Shown: one piece after another, positions 21,173 to 32,019 of the stretch
Layout: each line of letters opens with the position of its first letter
Numbering within the stretch: position 1 is the stretch's first letter
Origin: Pachysolen tannophilus NRRL Y-2460
Taxonomy: Eukaryota
Reading direction: 5' to 3'
Assembly: GCA_001661245.1 (NCBI GenBank)
Contig: KV454015.1
Coordinates: forward strand, 248,001 to 312,000
Length of the DNA stretch: 64,000 bases
Translations under genes and position numbers: made by a program
Notes under the pieces: model-generated
The model's input: only the letters and a program-made list of their open reading frames with translations
Database searches by the model: none
Told to the model about the DNA's origin: nothing

Positions 21173-22177
21173 TTAATCCAATTGCCTGGTGGCTTTTACA
21201 GCAACAGGTATCATTCCGCCAGCGGCAATTGTGAATCTTGGATGTCCCAATACCAACAATAGTGATCTTGTAGTACCTGCATGACTTGTAACGTTAACGA
21301 AAACGTCTTGTTCAGTTTTTGTTTTAGCTAGATCCAGATCCCATTCTTTTTCAAATAAAAATTGTAAAAATTTGTTTAATCTAACACCTTGCTCCAATAC
21401 ACTTTCTCTCCAATTACTTTTATATAATACATCTTCTTCTTCAAAATTATCTTCAAATATAAAGCCATATTTAGCAAATCTTTCTTCAATCACTCTACGA
21501 GGAGATCTTTTATCGCACAAATGCACTCCAATAGTTTCCCTAATATCTTCTTTAATTAATGGATGTGCCTTTATTGGGGATTCAGTTAATGCAATATCCA
21601 ACCATGTGTTTACCAACGTTGACAGAGATCTAGTAAAAGGAGACGAATAAAATGCAGAAGGAATTGGTGCACCTTTACTAATCTGTTCTTTCCATGCTCT
21701 ATTATTTTCCTTTGCTTGGTTTATTCCCAACTCAGTTAAAAAAGGATCTGGTCCCCAAATAATTTCTCCATCACCTTCAATTTTAGACCAATGATCATCC
21801 CAATCTTTGGAACCATATTTAGTAACACCAAAATTATGATAACCTTGACCATGTCTTGCTAAAAATAATATTTTATAACATTCATTCTCTTTAGCATTCA
21901 GATTCAATTCTGAAATTTTTAATTTTAAATCTGACCATGTTTTTGGAATTTTCCCAAAATCATTTTCAATATAATTAAATTCAAGTTCATCAACTAAAGA
22001 AGGATCCGACTGTTGGAAAAACCCTTGAACAACTTCAAACTTCCACGGCCTTATATACTTCCCATCCAGGTTTTTCTCTGATGAAAGATCCAATAAATGT
22101 TTTTTAAATTGCAGATCATTCAGTTCACCATCGTGGGCATCGATATAATCTACTGTAATCGGTTTAATTAAACTCAT
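21173..22177 (-). CDS. PMU1: Histidine phosphatase/phosphoglycerate-mutase-like protein (Pmu1 family)
   Basis: Motifs LFLARHGQGYHN, LTELG, SSPF.R, RETIGVH.CDKR and SHAG; ATG at 22177. Confidence 0.75.
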   Translation of the reverse strand: MSLIKPITVDYIDAHDGELNDLQFKKHLLDLSSEKNLDGKYIRPWKFEVVQGFFQQSDPSLVDELEFNYIENDFGKIPKTWSDLKLKISELNLNAKENECYKILFLARHGQGYHNFGVTKYGSKDWDDHWSKIEGDGEIIWGPDPFLTELGINQAKENNRAWKEQISKGAPIPSAFYSSPFTRSLSTLVNTWLDIALTESPIKAHPLIKEDIRETIGVHLCDKRSPRRVIEERFAKYGFIFEDNFEEEDVLYKSNWRESVLEQGVRLNKFLQFLFEKEWDLDLAKTKTEQDVFVNVTSHAGTTRSLLLVLGHPRFTIAAGGMIPVAVKATRQLD

Positions 22178-22579
22178 AATCACGCAAAAACGAAATAATT
22201 TTTTAATTTTTTGCTTTTTTTCTTTTGAGGAGGACGAAAATACAACAAGAACAATCAAATGATTTCACTTCAGTTTCCTCTTTTATCTACTTGAAATTGC
22301 ACCAGAGATATATCTAATAATTGTTTAATACTCAATATTAATATATTACCATCACCAGTTGTTCCTGGTTATTTTTATTAATAATTTTTTATATACAAAA
22401 AAGGACAAATAAAATTAATAAAATTTTTTTTTGAGTTTCCTTTTTGAGACAATTACCCTTTTTGGTAATTTCGTTGTTCACCAGCTAATAAAAGATGGAA
22501 AGAAACGACAACGACGACGACAACGGCGACGACAACGGCAACGACAACGGCAACGACCAAAAGATGTTTTCTTAAGATT

Positions 22580-23713
22580 TTACAACTCTTCTATATCACC
22601 AATGTTCATTATTCCAGACAAGTCACCTCTTGTCTTTTTGGGGTTCTTATTTTCAGTAGAAATTTTTTTATTCAAAAGTTTCCTATCAACGTTTGGGCAA
22701 AGGTTACCAAATCTTGGTAAAGTACACAAATCACATCTTCTTCCTCTTGGAAGACAGATACTTTGACCAAATCCAACTAAGATTGGGTTAAACTCTGTCC
22801 ATAAGTCGCGAGGAAGCCATTTTTCTAATTCTAATCTAGTTGTTTCCGGGGTTGGATTTTTCAATTTAGGTACCCATCCCCACATATTTGCCAATCTAAA
22901 TACATGAACATCTACACCTATCCCTGTGGTGATATTCCATGCGGATTGTAATAACAAGTACCCCATCTTTGGCCCCACACCTGGGAAAGCCATTATTTCT
23001 TGTATTGTCTTTGGTATCTCGTCCAGATATTTTTCATGTAAAATTTCTGTTGTTTGTTTAATATATTTTGCCTTTCTTGTATGGAAACCAACTTTAAAAA
23101 TAAGTTTATCTAATTCTATTTCTGATATTTCTCTAATAGCTTCTATACATAAACCTTTTTCAAAACCTTTTGCAAGAAAAGTTTGATGAAGAAGATTCAT
23201 TACTTCATAATTAATTTCATCTTTAGTTTGAGATGATAACATCAAAGAAACTAATAATTGATACCTGAAAACTGGACCTTCTTTTAAAGAAGATATTTTA
23301 GTTGGTATAGAAGCACAACCCATTGTATCAACTGGTGCAATTATCTTTGATCTCATAAATTTCACTTGATCATAAATTTGTTGGAAATTTTTAGGTGGAG
23401 GAAGAGAAGGAACAGATGTAATAGATTCATCATCTATATTCTCTTCAATTTTAATATTTTCATGTTTTATTGTTTTTCTTTTTTTCTTTAATGGTACAAT
23501 ATCATTAGAAAGATTAATTTCAGTTTCTAATGGTTCTTTCTTAATATCAATATCGGACTCATTTTTTATCTTTATATTTGAACATGCATCTGATTCAGAT
23601 AAATTCTTGGTATTATTATTTTTATTAATAAAATATTTACTTTTCCCAGGTTTTTCATCTTCTGTTAGAATTGATCTAGCAACTAATCTTGATGATCTTC
23701 GAAATTCTTTCAT
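22580..23713 (-). CDS. NTG1: Endonuclease III-like DNA glycosylase/AP lyase
   Basis: Motifs LMLSSQTKD, HhH PGVGPKM and GIGVDVHV; C-terminal four-Cys 4Fe-4S-type motif CLPRGRRCDLC...LC. Confidence 0.9.
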   Translation of the reverse strand: MKEFRRSSRLVARSILTEDEKPGKSKYFINKNNNTKNLSESDACSNIKIKNESDIDIKKEPLETEINLSNDIVPLKKKRKTIKHENIKIEENIDDESITSVPSLPPPKNFQQIYDQVKFMRSKIIAPVDTMGCASIPTKISSLKEGPVFRYQLLVSLMLSSQTKDEINYEVMNLLHQTFLAKGFEKGLCIEAIREISEIELDKLIFKVGFHTRKAKYIKQTTEILHEKYLDEIPKTIQEIMAFPGVGPKMGYLLLQSAWNITTGIGVDVHVFRLANMWGWVPKLKNPTPETTRLELEKWLPRDLWTEFNPILVGFGQSICLPRGRRCDLCTLPRFGNLCPNVDRKLLNKKISTENKNPKKTRGDLSGIMNIGDIEEL

Positions 23714-25175
23714 TTACGGTTTCTGCAAGAGACCCGTTAAAGTTAAGATAAAAATGAATTAACAGTATTTAAAAAAAGATAACTAATTACAAAAAATTCA
23801 TTTTTTTTTTTGATTTTTTTACCTCAAAAAGAAAAAGATCTTGAAAAATTTTTTTTTGTCTATTCACTTATCAATTAACAGATATAATTTAAGATAAACG
23901 GTAAGCACATGAGAAATAAGAATACAATATACAAGTACTCACGTACTGACGTACTGATGTATTCTTAAAGATTGATCTTAAAGCAGAAAGCTATAAAAAA
24001 AAAAAAACAGAACCATTAATAGATAAGACCAAATATATTGATTGTATGATATAGTTTAGGAACCAGACATATTCTATTCGATGTGTTTAATGTGCATATT
24101 AAAAGGCTTTATTGTAAAAAAAAATCTTTTGGTTCGATTTTTGTAGGCCGTAGGCCGTACGATAAGAAGGGAAAGCTTAGAATAATTCCACAAGATACTT
24201 AGGCGGCTGGGCGGCTGGGCGGCTGGAAATGTGGGTTGCAAAGCAGTAAAGTACCAATGGAAGAGTGAAGATGAATAACTAAAAGATATTTTTAGAGAAA
24301 TTGGGCTACATGAAACTAGTGAACCAACTAACCAGTGCGGGAACCAACCTGTTCTGTTGGCCAGCCGGATAGAAAGCTATTGAACCAGATATAAATCAGA
24401 TTATTAATATAAAATTCCAGTAAGTAGGTATCGTTTCACCGTTGAAACTTTCAATCTATGCAGCAGCATGATTACGGGTCACGTTATTATGTTTTTATGG
24501 TCAGGGGAAACAGAAATGGTTAAAATTTCCTTTTTCGTGTTGATTCGCAGTGACCTTTTATGCTGGAAGTTTCAGAAATTATGCAAGAGCAAAAAGGGCA
24601 AGAACTTAAAAAAAAGTAACAAAGAGCAGCAGCCCATAGTTAAATTCTTCTTTTTTTTTTTTTTTTTTTTTTTTTTTTGGAAAAAGGCAGGCAGGAAAAG
24701 GTTTATTAAGCTTTAAGTTCCATGCCCTTTCCTTTTTTTTTTTGAGTTCTTGCCTTTCTTTGTGTCCCATCTCCTCTCAGTTGTCTCATGCATGTATGGT
24801 ACTTTTAAAAGGGCTTTTGATTCGGCATTCATTACTAAGGGACAGCAAATAACGTTGCTCCGTGCTACTGAATGGCCTCAACTTAACTATTTTTTTAATT
24901 GTATTTGCTGTCTTGATCGAATAACAGAAACGGCGGTATTCATACTGGCAAAACAAATCAATGCCTTGTAAGTTTTAAATCTTTTTTTCTTTTTAAACTT
25001 TTCTTGTAATGTCTCCTGCCTGCTACCACCGTACAGTCAATAGGAAATCATGAAATCAACAAACTACTCGTGAATTTTCGTGATTTATGTGTTCTTTTTT
25101 TTTCTCCCCTATTCCGCCAGTCACAAGACGATATTTTATGCACAAAATATTTATATTGTTAAACCTCTGACTGAC

Positions 25176-25182
25176 TGAGTCA
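25176..25182. promoter_or_regulatory. Gcn4/AP-1 site TGAGTCA upstream of the peptide transporter
   Basis: Consensus match in the long upstream region. Confidence 0.4.
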
Positions 25183-26014
25183 TTGAATTTAATTCAAAAA
25201 ATGAATGATGTGATGCTTTTTATTGTGGTGGTGGTGGTGGTGGAAGAGTTGAATGAATTATGACAGGTAAGGTTTGGGCATCGCAGAACTCCGTCTAAGC
25301 TTTGAAAAACAATCATATTAATTTTAGGCGTCTATTAGCGAAAGGAAAAAAAAAAGTTTAGAATGAAACAGTAGATCAATGCATCTTAGATAAATTTTTA
25401 TAGATAGATAGATAGATAGATTAATAATAGATTAAGAGATTAAGAAAATTGATAGATAAAATCAAAAAAGATAAAATACCTATGTCACAGTCACACACAG
25501 ACTTAGTAAGGGCAAATTTAAAATAAAGTATAATCATTATGGCCTTAGTGGAAAAAAAAGAAACGTTGATAAGGTTTTGCTCATTGGGGACAAAAGAAGA
25601 AGAAAAAAAGAAAAAAAAAAAAAAAAAAATTTTTTTTTCTTAAAATTTCCTTTTTTGCATACATTTTTTAGGTAGAAGCCACTGCGTGGAAACAGTTAGC
25701 GGACATTATTATGTTAAAGCTGAGTTAACTGGGCATTAAAGAATTGATTGCATCGACAGACATGCATTTTATTTTCCATAGATAAGAATGGCCAAAAATT
25801 TTTTTTTTCTCTCCATTCTACTATCCTCCACATTTCTTTTTCTTTTTGTCTTTCTTTCCTTTTTGCTTGGGTGATTTCTTTTTTTCTTTTTTTTTTTCAA
25901 AGTTATATAAATACTTCCCATGTTATCACATGTATTTGTTAAATTAAAATTTTGTTTTTTTTTCTTTCTCATTCTCTCTTATTTGTTAGTAAGGAAAGGT
26001 AATTAGAATTCAAT

Positions 26015-27943
26015 ATGGAAAAATTGAAGAGTATTTGGCCATTGGATTTAAAGAAAGAACTGGTAGAAGATACCGTCAGAATTGATGATCTTGATGTTGA
26101 AACCAATAGTGAGACGAGGTCAGGAGATGTTGTATATCTTGGTAAGAAAAGAGAAAAATATGTTGATGAATGGAACCCTGATGGTTTAAGAGAACCAACA
26201 GAAGAAGAAAAAACAACTTTAAGAAGAACTATTGGACATGCACCTTATGCTTGTTATTTGATTTGTTTAATTGAATTTGCAGAAAGAGGTTCTTATTATG
26301 GTGTTACTGGATGTCTTACTAATTTCATTCAAAGACCTTTACCTGCAGGAGGTAATGGTGCTGGTGCTCCACTGAGTGGAACTCAGGATAATGCTGGTGC
26401 TTTAGGTCTTGGTTTGGAAACTGCTAGTGCCTTGACTTTATTATTGACATTTCTTGCTTATTGTGTTCCATTATACGGTGGGTTTATTGCTGATACCAAA
26501 ATTGGTAAGATGAAGGCTATTTGGATTGGTGTTGCTGCTGGTGCTCTTGCACATATCATATTGATTATTGCTTCGATTCCAAGTGTTATTGCTCAAGGTC
26601 ATGCTATTGTTCCAACAGCAATTTCAATTATTGTCTTGGCTTTTGGTACTGGATTTATTAAACCAAACTTGTTACCATTGCTTATGGATCAATATCCAGA
26701 ACAAACAGATGTTGTTAAAGTTTTACCAACTGGTGAATCTATTATTATTGATCGTCAAGCAACTTTGGAAAGAATGACTTTGGTTTTCTATTGGGCCATC
26801 AATATTGGTGCTTTCTTACAATTAGCTACATCATACTGTGAAAAGAGAATTGGTTTTTGGTTGGCTTACTTGGTACCAGGTATCTTGTATATGTTGATGC
26901 CATTTGTATTGATTTGGTTAAACAAAAGAATGGTTAGAGAACAACCAAAGGGAAGTGTATTGGAAAACAGTTGGAGAGTTTTCAATGTTACCTTTTTCAG
27001 AGGTAATGCTATTAAAAGATGGAGAAATGGTACTTTATGGGATTATGCTTTACCTTCTAAGATGTTAGAAAGAGGTGAAACTTTTTATAAGAAAAATCTT
27101 CCAATTTTATGGACTGATCAATTTGTTCTTGATGTTAAACAAACTTTAAATTCTTGTAAGATTTTCATTTATTTCATTATTTTCAACATTAATGATGGTG
27201 GTATTGGTTCTATTGAAACTTCTCAAGCAGGTGCAATGACAACAAATGGTGTTCCAAATGATTTATTCAACAATTTCAACCCATTGACTATTATTGTCTT
27301 AATTCCAATCTTGGATTATTGTATATATCCATTATTTAGAAGATATGGTATTGTTTTCAAACCAGTTTACAGAATTACTTTTGGTTTCATATTAGCTGCC
27401 GCTTCTCAAGTTGCAGGTGCCGTTATTCAATACAGAGTTTATCAGACCTCACCATGTGGTTATGATGCAACAGGTGGTTCATCAGGTGATGGTGTTTGTG
27501 ATATCGGTGACGGTGTTTCTCCAATCAGTGCATGGCAAGATGTTTCATTATACATTTTATCTGCTGCAGGTGAATGTTTTGCCAACACTACTGCTTACGA
27601 ATTGGCTTATACTAGATCTCCAAAGAGTATGAAAGGTTTGGTTATGGCTTTGTTTTTGTTTACTTCTGCTATTTCTGCTGCTATCTCAGAAGCTTGTACA
27701 GCAAGTTTAGTTGATCCTTACTTGATTTGGCCATTTGCAGCTTGTGCTATTGCAGGTTTTGTTTCAGCTGGAGCTTTCTTAATTCAATTCTGGAATTTGG
27801 ACAAAGAAATGGAAAAGGAAAAAATTATTAGAGAAGATATGTTAAGAAATGAAGATAATGTTTTACATGCTATTCAAACACTGGCTTCAAATGTTTCTCT
27901 TAATTTAGAAAAATCCGTTTCTCTTAGGTCTGTTAGTAAATAA
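26015..27943 (+). CDS. PTR2: Proton-dependent oligopeptide transporter (POT/PTR family)
   Basis: Motifs EFAERGSYYG (ExxERxxYY), GTGFIKPN, FYWAINIG and ELAYTRSP. Confidence 0.9.
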   Translation: MEKLKSIWPLDLKKELVEDTVRIDDLDVETNSETRSGDVVYLGKKREKYVDEWNPDGLREPTEEEKTTLRRTIGHAPYACYLICLIEFAERGSYYGVTGCLTNFIQRPLPAGGNGAGAPLSGTQDNAGALGLGLETASALTLLLTFLAYCVPLYGGFIADTKIGKMKAIWIGVAAGALAHIILIIASIPSVIAQGHAIVPTAISIIVLAFGTGFIKPNLLPLLMDQYPEQTDVVKVLPTGESIIIDRQATLERMTLVFYWAINIGAFLQLATSYCEKRIGFWLAYLVPGILYMLMPFVLIWLNKRMVREQPKGSVLENSWRVFNVTFFRGNAIKRWRNGTLWDYALPSKMLERGETFYKKNLPILWTDQFVLDVKQTLNSCKIFIYFIIFNINDGGIGSIETSQAGAMTTNGVPNDLFNNFNPLTIIVLIPILDYCIYPLFRRYGIVFKPVYRITFGFILAAASQVAGAVIQYRVYQTSPCGYDATGGSSGDGVCDIGDGVSPISAWQDVSLYILSAAGECFANTTAYELAYTRSPKSMKGLVMALFLFTSAISAAISEACTASLVDPYLIWPFAACAIAGFVSAGAFLIQFWNLDKEMEKEKIIREDMLRNEDNVLHAIQTLASNVSLNLEKSVSLRSVSK

Positions 27944-28332
27944 TTGTGAAAACATAACTAACACTGGAGTTTTTAAGCTTTGAACTTTTATTTATTATTA
28001 TTTTGTTGTTGTTGTTTCCTGTTTTATTATTCTTTTCGTGTATTGTTTTGTGACATTGGATTTATTGGATGTATATTATCACTAGTCTTTTGTTTTTTTT
28101 TTTTTATTTTTATTATTTACTTCATTGTTTTTCCCTCCTTTTTTATAGTTTTTAGTACAATTTTGCACCATTTTATATAATTAGCGTTTAATAGTAGACT
28201 CAAGTAAAAAAATCTGAAAACACCTTAATTGAAACCTTAGATGTGTTGATCTAGACTTGATCAAATACTACTACTAAGTTAAAAATTCAAAAGGATCGGA
28301 CAAAAAGGATTGAAATTCACGCACGCGGTGCG

Positions 28333-28364
<32 letters not shown>

Positions 28365-28591
28365 GGCTTTTTTTTTCTATTGTTTAAACAAAAGAAAAGA
28401 AAAAAAAGGAAAAAAAGGAAAAAAAAAAATTTCATAAATAAATAACGGTTATTTTTCTTTTCTTTTTTTTTATTTCTTTTTTATATGAATGAATGAATTA
28501 CTATAAAAGAAAATTTTAATTCTACCTATTTATATATATATATTTATCTGGTTATAGGTGTGAGTAAAGAGGTTTGAAGATAGAGAATAAT

Positions 28592-29488
28592 ATGGAATTA
28601 ATTGAAAATGGGTCCACTTCTTTAGTGGTGGAAGTTTCAGCAGCTAAGAGTAATTTGAAAAATGAGTCAGATGACCAACAAAATCAGCAAAATATTGAAA
28701 AATTTATATATTCATTAAATTTTGATAACAAGAAGGCCATTTATACTGAGTACTTGAATTTTTTAAATACTGAATCTAATTCGAAAAGGCAATGTGTACA
28801 ATCGAAAAGTGAAATTACAATAATAGGAGATTCTATTACAGTTTTCATTGAAATTTTCAATGATTATATAGATAAGTTTTCATCCACAACAATACCTTGT
28901 TCATGTTTACTTGAGGCTATTTTTATTAATAGAAAGTTACAATCTCTTAGAAGAAAACAGGTTGATCTCTGTGAGATCCAAGACGTTTTCAATTTGGCTA
29001 TTGAAGTTTTAGAAAAATTCACACCGTTATTAAAATATAGAGCTTTAGATACTTTCTTAATACCCGGTATCGTGACTGCATGTGAAAGTATCAATAACAA
29101 AGTTGGCCTACTAGCTGCTAGCAATTCGAACTCGAACTCGAACTCGAACACAAAAGATTCAGAATCGCTACTACGTACATTGGACACATTGAACAGGGAA
29201 ACACTCAACACTTGTTTATCAAACTCTTTGGCATTTCAGTATTTCTGTGGAAAACTCAACTATAAAAATAGTTTATGCAATAATAGCATAGTTAATAATA
29301 GCATAGTCAATAATAGCATCGGTAGTATTGTACCAGCCAACGGTGTAGGGTGTTTGTGTTTTGCCGGTGCAGATGGTGCAGATGGTGCAAGGTGTTTCGA
29401 GAAATTTTTGATAAATTCCGGAGAATTTATAAAATTTTTAAAACATAGAAAATGGGAACGTAAAATTAATGAACGGAGAATTTTTTAA
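28592..29488 (+). CDS. Hypothetical protein (~298 aa), no recognised family
   Basis: Long standalone ORF with ATG at 28592 in an otherwise AT-rich intergenic region. Confidence 0.6.
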   Translation: MELIENGSTSLVVEVSAAKSNLKNESDDQQNQQNIEKFIYSLNFDNKKAIYTEYLNFLNTESNSKRQCVQSKSEITIIGDSITVFIEIFNDYIDKFSSTTIPCSCLLEAIFINRKLQSLRRKQVDLCEIQDVFNLAIEVLEKFTPLLKYRALDTFLIPGIVTACESINNKVGLLAASNSNSNSNSNTKDSESLLRTLDTLNRETLNTCLSNSLAFQYFCGKLNYKNSLCNNSIVNNSIVNNSIGSIVPANGVGCLCFAGADGADGARCFEKFLINSGEFIKFLKHRKWERKINERRIF

Positions 29489-29757
29489 ACTACCTTTTTT
29501 ATTATAAAACCACCAGATGTGATAGATGTGATGTAACTTCAAAATTTTTTTGCGTTTTTTTTTTTGTTTAATTTGTATCTTAGTTTATTCCACCTTTTTC
29601 TTCTCCTACTAGGAGATAAAATTTACACAATATATACAAACTTTAATACCAAATATAGAAAACAAACGCACACGCAGCACACGCAGCACACGCACACGCA
29701 GATCTTATCACTTCTCCGACTTTTTCAATATTTTAAGTCTTATTTGTATTCGCTTGC

Positions 29758-29886
29758 CACGTGCACGCATTAAGGCACATTTCTATTTTCATTTTAAGGT
29801 GATATTAATCTAATCACAAGTGTTATTTCTTAATTCGTATAGATGAGTATGACTCCACGTGTAATAGTCTAAATAGTCTTGAGTCA
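29758..29886. promoter_or_regulatory. Two E-boxes (CACGTG at 29758 and 29856) plus TGACTC/TGAGTCA sites upstream of the bHLH gene
   Basis: Motif matches seen directly. Confidence 0.45.
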
Positions 29887-30180
29887 AAAAAAAAAAAAAA
29901 GAAAAAGAAATCTTGTTCTCGTGGATGGTTTGTAATAAATAATATATAAAAAGTTTTATCTTCTTTTCTTTCATCTTTCATTTAAAATAGTAATACAAGA
30001 ATAAGTAATTTTTTTTTAGTTTTCTTTTTTTTTGTTCTTTTGAAAAGAGCATAAAAACAAAAGCGGCGGCGGCGGTAATAGCAGCAGTAGTAGCGGCAGT
30101 ATCAGCAGTGGAACCGGAAGCCTAGTAGATTGATAGAGAATTTTTATTAAGAGAAGGGAAACATCAGTAGTAGTAACAAT

Positions 30181-32019
30181 ATGCGGACGGTAGTTCCCCC
30201 ACCTCCGATTTTTAAAACCACAATCATTCAAATGAAAGGTAATGGTTCTAATACAAGTAATGATAATGATTCAAATATATTAACGACGTTTGCTAAATCT
30301 GACGTAATGAACAGCAATAATAATAATAATAAAAATAATAATAATAATAATGAGAGCAACAATGGGTTATCTAGTATGCCGATGGTGACTCCTGGAGATT
30401 CATCATCATATTCGAAAACTAATAATACTAATAATACCAAGAGAAATTCTTGTTCATCAGCGGCTTCTTCCTTAGGGGGTTCTACTAGCACTGGTAGAAA
30501 AAGAAGGCGGTCTTCTCAAATAATCAATGCGGATGAAATGGCTAGAAAACGTAAAGAATTGAAGACTGCTCATTCGATAATAGAGAAAAAAAGACGGATC
30601 AAGATGAACAGAGAGTTTGAAGCATTAAAATATATGATTCCAGCATGTCGTTCTTCTGTTTTGCAATCTTTGAGGAGCCCACTGGATATGGGTCTGTCTT
30701 CAACAACTCAACGGAATAATAATGGTCAATCTGATGATAATGGGAATAATATGCACAAGTTGACGATTTTACAATCAACAGTTGAATATATTGCATATTT
30801 ACATCATGTTATTAAAATTCTGAAAAATCAAATTGCATCTAGTGATCCAAACTGGTTAAAAGAAAATGATTTGAAATTCATAGAGTTTGAATTAGATCTA
30901 GGAATGTACAGGAATATTGATACGGAATTTGATTTTAATGCATTATTCAAAGAATTGGTTGCAAATGGAGGAGAACCAGTGAAATTTTTCGGTAAAAATA
31001 ATAGAAATGAAGATGGAAAATTGAGTGATGGATACGCCCAGCACCACCACCAGCACCAAAAACAGCAGGACAACAACACATTTGAGGATAGCGGTAACAT
31101 AGATGACGAATTGAAATTCTTGTCACAACTGGTAAGAAAGGGTAGCAACAATCTTGGCAACATGAACATGAACATGAACAACAGTGTTAATTCTCATTCT
31201 AATTTGAATTCAAATTTGAATGCCAACCCTGAGAGGGCTCCATCTTCTTCTTCATCATCGTCCAATTCCTCATACCTTTCCACGAATACACAGTTGCCTA
31301 GCCCATTGGTGACACCAAGAATAGATGCAGCATATTCCACAGCAGCACCAAAGGAAAACGATATCAACGGCAACTCATCCTCTTTAAGTACGCCAGCAAT
31401 GGTTTCGTTGATGAAATATAGGCTTTCATCGGGCAGCCCACCGTTGGCTCCAAACCATAACCATAATCATAACCATCAAACACCAAAAATCGCACCTGGA
31501 CAGGTTTCCAGAAGCGCAAACTTAACTCACGACCTCCAGGCCCCAAGACTGCCCCAAGATCTGCAAACTTTCCAGCTACCACTACCAATGATCAGTTCTA
31601 GTCTCTTAACTTCAAGGAAAAACTCAAGAAGAGACAGTCTTTCCTCAAGCAGTACTTTGTCACTTTCTCAACAACAACAACAGCAACAGCATCAGCAGCA
31701 GCATCTGCTGCTGCTTCTGCTGTATAAGATGTCGCCCAATAACTCTGCATTCATAAACAGCAGCGCAGTACCGAAAAGTTCGGTCCCAGTCACCGAGAGT
31801 GCTGGTTCTGGTGGTATCGGTGGTCTTAACAGCATCAACGCCATGCATGTAGAAATTGGTGAAAAAGACGAGGAAAACGATTCCGAACGCAATTCTGAAA
31901 ACGACTCCGAACGCTACTCCGAACGCGACACTGAACACGATACTGAAGAAGTATCCAAGGTATTAATGTCCATCAGGGATAAAAACAAAAGAGGAAGCAT
32001 TTCCAGCTTATTGAACTAA
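30181..32019 (+). CDS. bHLH transcription factor with long low-complexity regions
   Basis: Basic region/helix 1 KTAHSIIEKKRRIKMNREFEALKYMIP; helix 2 HKLTILQSTVEYIAYL. Confidence 0.85.
   Translation: MRTVVPPPPIFKTTIIQMKGNGSNTSNDNDSNILTTFAKSDVMNSNNNNNKNNNNNNESNNGLSSMPMVTPGDSSSYSKTNNTNNTKRNSCSSAASSLGGSTSTGRKRRRSSQIINADEMARKRKELKTAHSIIEKKRRIKMNREFEALKYMIPACRSSVLQSLRSPLDMGLSSTTQRNNNGQSDDNGNNMHKLTILQSTVEYIAYLHHVIKILKNQIASSDPNWLKENDLKFIEFELDLGMYRNIDTEFDFNALFKELVANGGEPVKFFGKNNRNEDGKLSDGYAQHHHQHQKQQDNNTFEDSGNIDDELKFLSQLVRKGSNNLGNMNMNMNNSVNSHSNLNSNLNANPERAPSSSSSSSNSSYLSTNTQLPSPLVTPRIDAAYSTAAPKENDINGNSSSLSTPAMVSLMKYRLSSGSPPLAPNHNHNHNHQTPKIAPGQVSRSANLTHDLQAPRLPQDLQTFQLPLPMISSSLLTSRKNSRRDSLSSSSTLSLSQQQQQQQHQQQHLLLLLLYKMSPNNSAFINSSAVPKSSVPVTESAGSGGIGGLNSINAMHVEIGEKDEENDSERNSENDSERYSERDTEHDTEEVSKVLMSIRDKNKRGSISSLLN

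Noticed and set aside
22505..22557. RQR-repeat ORF 22431-22766
   Set aside because: It is a (CGA/CAA/CGG) microsatellite next to the NTG1 3' end, with a TTG start and antisense overlap.
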